Shown here piece by piece: positions 61,914 through 64,000 of a stretch of DNA of 64,000 bases (its first letter is position 1; each line of letters opens with the position of its first letter). Below the pieces are notes generated by a model. That model was not told the DNA's origin and did not search any database. It saw only the letters and a list, made by a program, of their open reading frames with translations. Source of the stretch: Oceanispirochaeta sp. (GTDB taxonomy: Bacteria > Spirochaetota > Spirochaetia > DSM-2461); assembly GCA_963666275.2 (NCBI GenBank), contig CAXXOA010000001.1:928001-992000 (forward strand), given 5' to 3'. A program made the translations under genes and the position numbers.

Positions 61914-62152
61914 TAGCCTATGGAACGGAGCAGCGGAATCATTACCACACAGAATATGAGACCGCAGAAGGCCAGAAACCCGGTGAGGCTGATTAATATC
62001 AGATCCAGTCTGCTGAAATCGCCCTGATTTTTTCCCGCTTTTTTCCTTTTTGAAAAAGGGTTGGCGGGTAGTTTCATTTTCCTGGCTTTCTCTTTTATAT
62101 TTTCCTGCGCTTCTGCAGCAGGTTCCTGATTCTCTATTATTTCTTCGGTCAT
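61910..62152 (-). CDS. small membrane protein (C-terminal TM)
   Basis: MTEEIIENQ..., charged N-terminus, one TM helix. Confidence 0.6.
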   Translation of the reverse strand: MTEEIIENQEPAAEAQENIKEKARKMKLPANPFSKRKKAGKNQGDFSRLDLILISLTGFLAFCGLIFCVVMIPLLRSIGY

Positions 62153-62291
62153 AATACGTATACCCCGATGGATTGTTTCTCTATGATTTTTCCAATGCCT
62201 GTATGATAGCTCTTTTCTCTTTTCCCGTAAAGGATCCTTTGCATTATAATAGATAGGAGAGGACGCAGTTTCCGGGAATGAGGAGGGGTTT

Positions 62292-63269
62292 ATGACATAC
62301 AGCGCCATTCTTCTGGCAGGATACAACAACAGGCGAGCTGTAGAGAAATACAGCCGGATGGTTGCAGAGAGCTACCATGAAAAATACATTGAGACAGGGT
62401 ACAAGCCCTTAAGGGAGTTTACCCTCCATCATCACGGCAGGAATGTCTCCAAACCTCTGATACAGTTTACCCTGGAGGAACTGCTGGGAATGGAGCAGAT
62501 CCGGGAAGTGGTGATCCTGGGAAATAAAACCCTCCTTGAAAACAGGCTCCTCCCTCTTTTGGAGGCGCAGGAAAAGCCCTGGAAAATCCTGGACCAGAAA
62601 TCGGCCCTGAGCAGCGCTGTCCTCGAAAGATTCGGTCTGGAGGGGAGGAATTTCCCTGTAGAATCCATTGCCGGGAATATCCTGAAAGGCTACAGTGCCT
62701 CCTCCGCATCAAACAGGAGAGAACCCGCCCTGTTTATCGCCTCTGATTCTCCCATGACCGACAGGGAATTTATCGGGGCATTCCTCAGGGAATCCGAGGC
62801 TCTGCCGGAGGACGCCGGTATTATCCTGCCGGCGGTCCCCGTGGGGCTTCTGCGGGACCGGATGGGCAGACGCCCCCTGCTGCTTATCAATGATACGGAA
62901 AAATCCCTTTCCTGCCGGAAAGACCTCCACGGCCGCTGCGGGTTCCGGCTCTCATCCCTTCTCCTCTGCCGCCTGGATGGGGTGGATGTGCCCAGGATCA
63001 ATGACATCTACAGCATGAGAAAGGCTCTGAGTCCCAAAGTACAGCTTCAGATTTTCAGGATCTGCCGGGATCTGGGTTACCCCGGTCTGTACCGGAAGTA
63101 TTTCAGGCAGAAAAATCTTTCTATCCGGGAGTGTGAAAACATTCTGTCCCGTTTTGTGGGCGCCCGGGTCATGGCTCTTCCCATAGAAGGGGAGAAGACA
63201 ACCTATGATTATGACGGTACCCGGAAAGAGCTGAAAAAACTGACCCGTATGCTGAGAAGAAAAGTATAA
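62292..63269 (+). CDS. nucleotidyltransferase-like (GT-A/MobA-like) protein
   Basis: AILLAG, KPL, SKPLIQFTL, IASDSP, YDYD; GAGGAGG RBS. Confidence 0.65.
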   Translation: MTYSAILLAGYNNRRAVEKYSRMVAESYHEKYIETGYKPLREFTLHHHGRNVSKPLIQFTLEELLGMEQIREVVILGNKTLLENRLLPLLEAQEKPWKILDQKSALSSAVLERFGLEGRNFPVESIAGNILKGYSASSASNRREPALFIASDSPMTDREFIGAFLRESEALPEDAGIILPAVPVGLLRDRMGRRPLLLINDTEKSLSCRKDLHGRCGFRLSSLLLCRLDGVDVPRINDIYSMRKALSPKVQLQIFRICRDLGYPGLYRKYFRQKNLSIRECENILSRFVGARVMALPIEGEKTTYDYDGTRKELKKLTRMLRRKV

Positions 63270-63373
63270 AATTAGGATCAAATTGATTGATCATAACATA
63301 AATAAAAGGTTAAAATATTTATGTAATTGTCATATTGAATGGCAATAATCTATGGAAATGTAAGGGGTCAGAC

Positions 63374-64000
63374 ATGAAGCAGACAGCTCTTCACGCTCTG
63401 CATATCGAGGCGGGAGCCAAAATGGTTCCATTTGCAGGTTGGGAAATGCCTCTCTATTACGGGAACGGAGCCACAGAGGAGCACAGGCTGGTCCGCAGAA
63501 GTGCCGGGCTCTTTGATGTCTCCCATATGGGAACTTTCAGGATAGGCGGAAAAGGATCAGAAGCTTTTCTGGACCGGATGATCACCTCGGCGGTCAGGGA
63601 GATCGCTCCGGGAAATTCAGGATACGGACTCCTTCTGAACGAACAGGGCACAGCTCTGGACGATGTGTTTCTGTACAGGATTACCGGCGACGAGTGGATT
63701 CTTGTGGTAAATGCCTCCAATCTTGAAAAAGACTGGGCCTGGCTTGAGAAACACGCAGGAGATTTCGACTGTTCTCTGGAGGATACTTCCTCTCATACAT
63801 CTCTTCTTGCCTTTCAGGGGCCTCAGGTTATCGGCTGTCTTGAAAAACTCACAGGTGAGAGTCTGGCCGACTGGAAAAGGTTTGCTGTAAAAGATTTTTC
63901 CTGGGAGGGGATTTCCTTCCGCTGCGGAAGAACAGGGTATACCGGAGAAGACGGTGTGGAAATTTTTGTCCATAATGACAGAGCCTGTGAGCTGTGGCAG
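63374..64000 (+). CDS. gcvT: glycine cleavage system aminomethyltransferase T (partial)
   Basis: Not in ORF track. MKQTALH...MVPFAGWEMPLYY...EH...GLFDVSHMG...VVNASN...QGP...RTGYTGEDGVE. Confidence 0.95.
   Translation, partial: MKQTALHALHIEAGAKMVPFAGWEMPLYYGNGATEEHRLVRRSAGLFDVSHMGTFRIGGKGSEAFLDRMITSAVREIAPGNSGYGLLLNEQGTALDDVFLYRITGDEWILVVNASNLEKDWAWLEKHAGDFDCSLEDTSSHTSLLAFQGPQVIGCLEKLTGESLADWKRFAVKDFSWEGISFRCGRTGYTGEDGVEIFVHNDRACELWQ

Overview
This 64 kb window is chromosomal DNA from a free-living spirochaete. The 16S sequence carries Spirochaetales-type signatures (family Spirochaetaceae is my best guess). It is mostly core genome: a full rrn operon (16S, tRNA-Ile, 23S, 5S), a Lys-Glu-Lys-Glu tRNA cluster, and dapA/dapB, pta, tyrA, aroD-aroE, mtaB, rsmA, upp, adk, gcvT and comEC. 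It also holds envelope genes (MltD-LysM, RlpA-like SPOR protein, bactofilin, TPR lipoproteins, two beta-barrel candidates) and signalling genes (three histidine kinases, two response regulators, an MCP with a CZB domain, a PilZ protein). I saw no CRISPR array, transposase, integrase or prophage gene. The best candidate for an uncharacterised system is a coupled five-gene operon (8839-14912, minus). It joins a CapD/PglF-type sugar-nucleotide dehydratase and a DegT aminotransferase to a xanthine-dehydrogenase-like trio whose large subunit has lost its Moco and catalytic motifs while the Fe-S and FAD subunits look intact. Other notable signals are a 20-bp tandem repeat built from one arm of a terminator palindrome, complementary tRNA spacers, about nine apparently leaderless genes, sigma54-type promoters and a large AT-rich hairpin in the 23S-5S spacer. 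All calls come from motif recognition by eye; no database searches were run.
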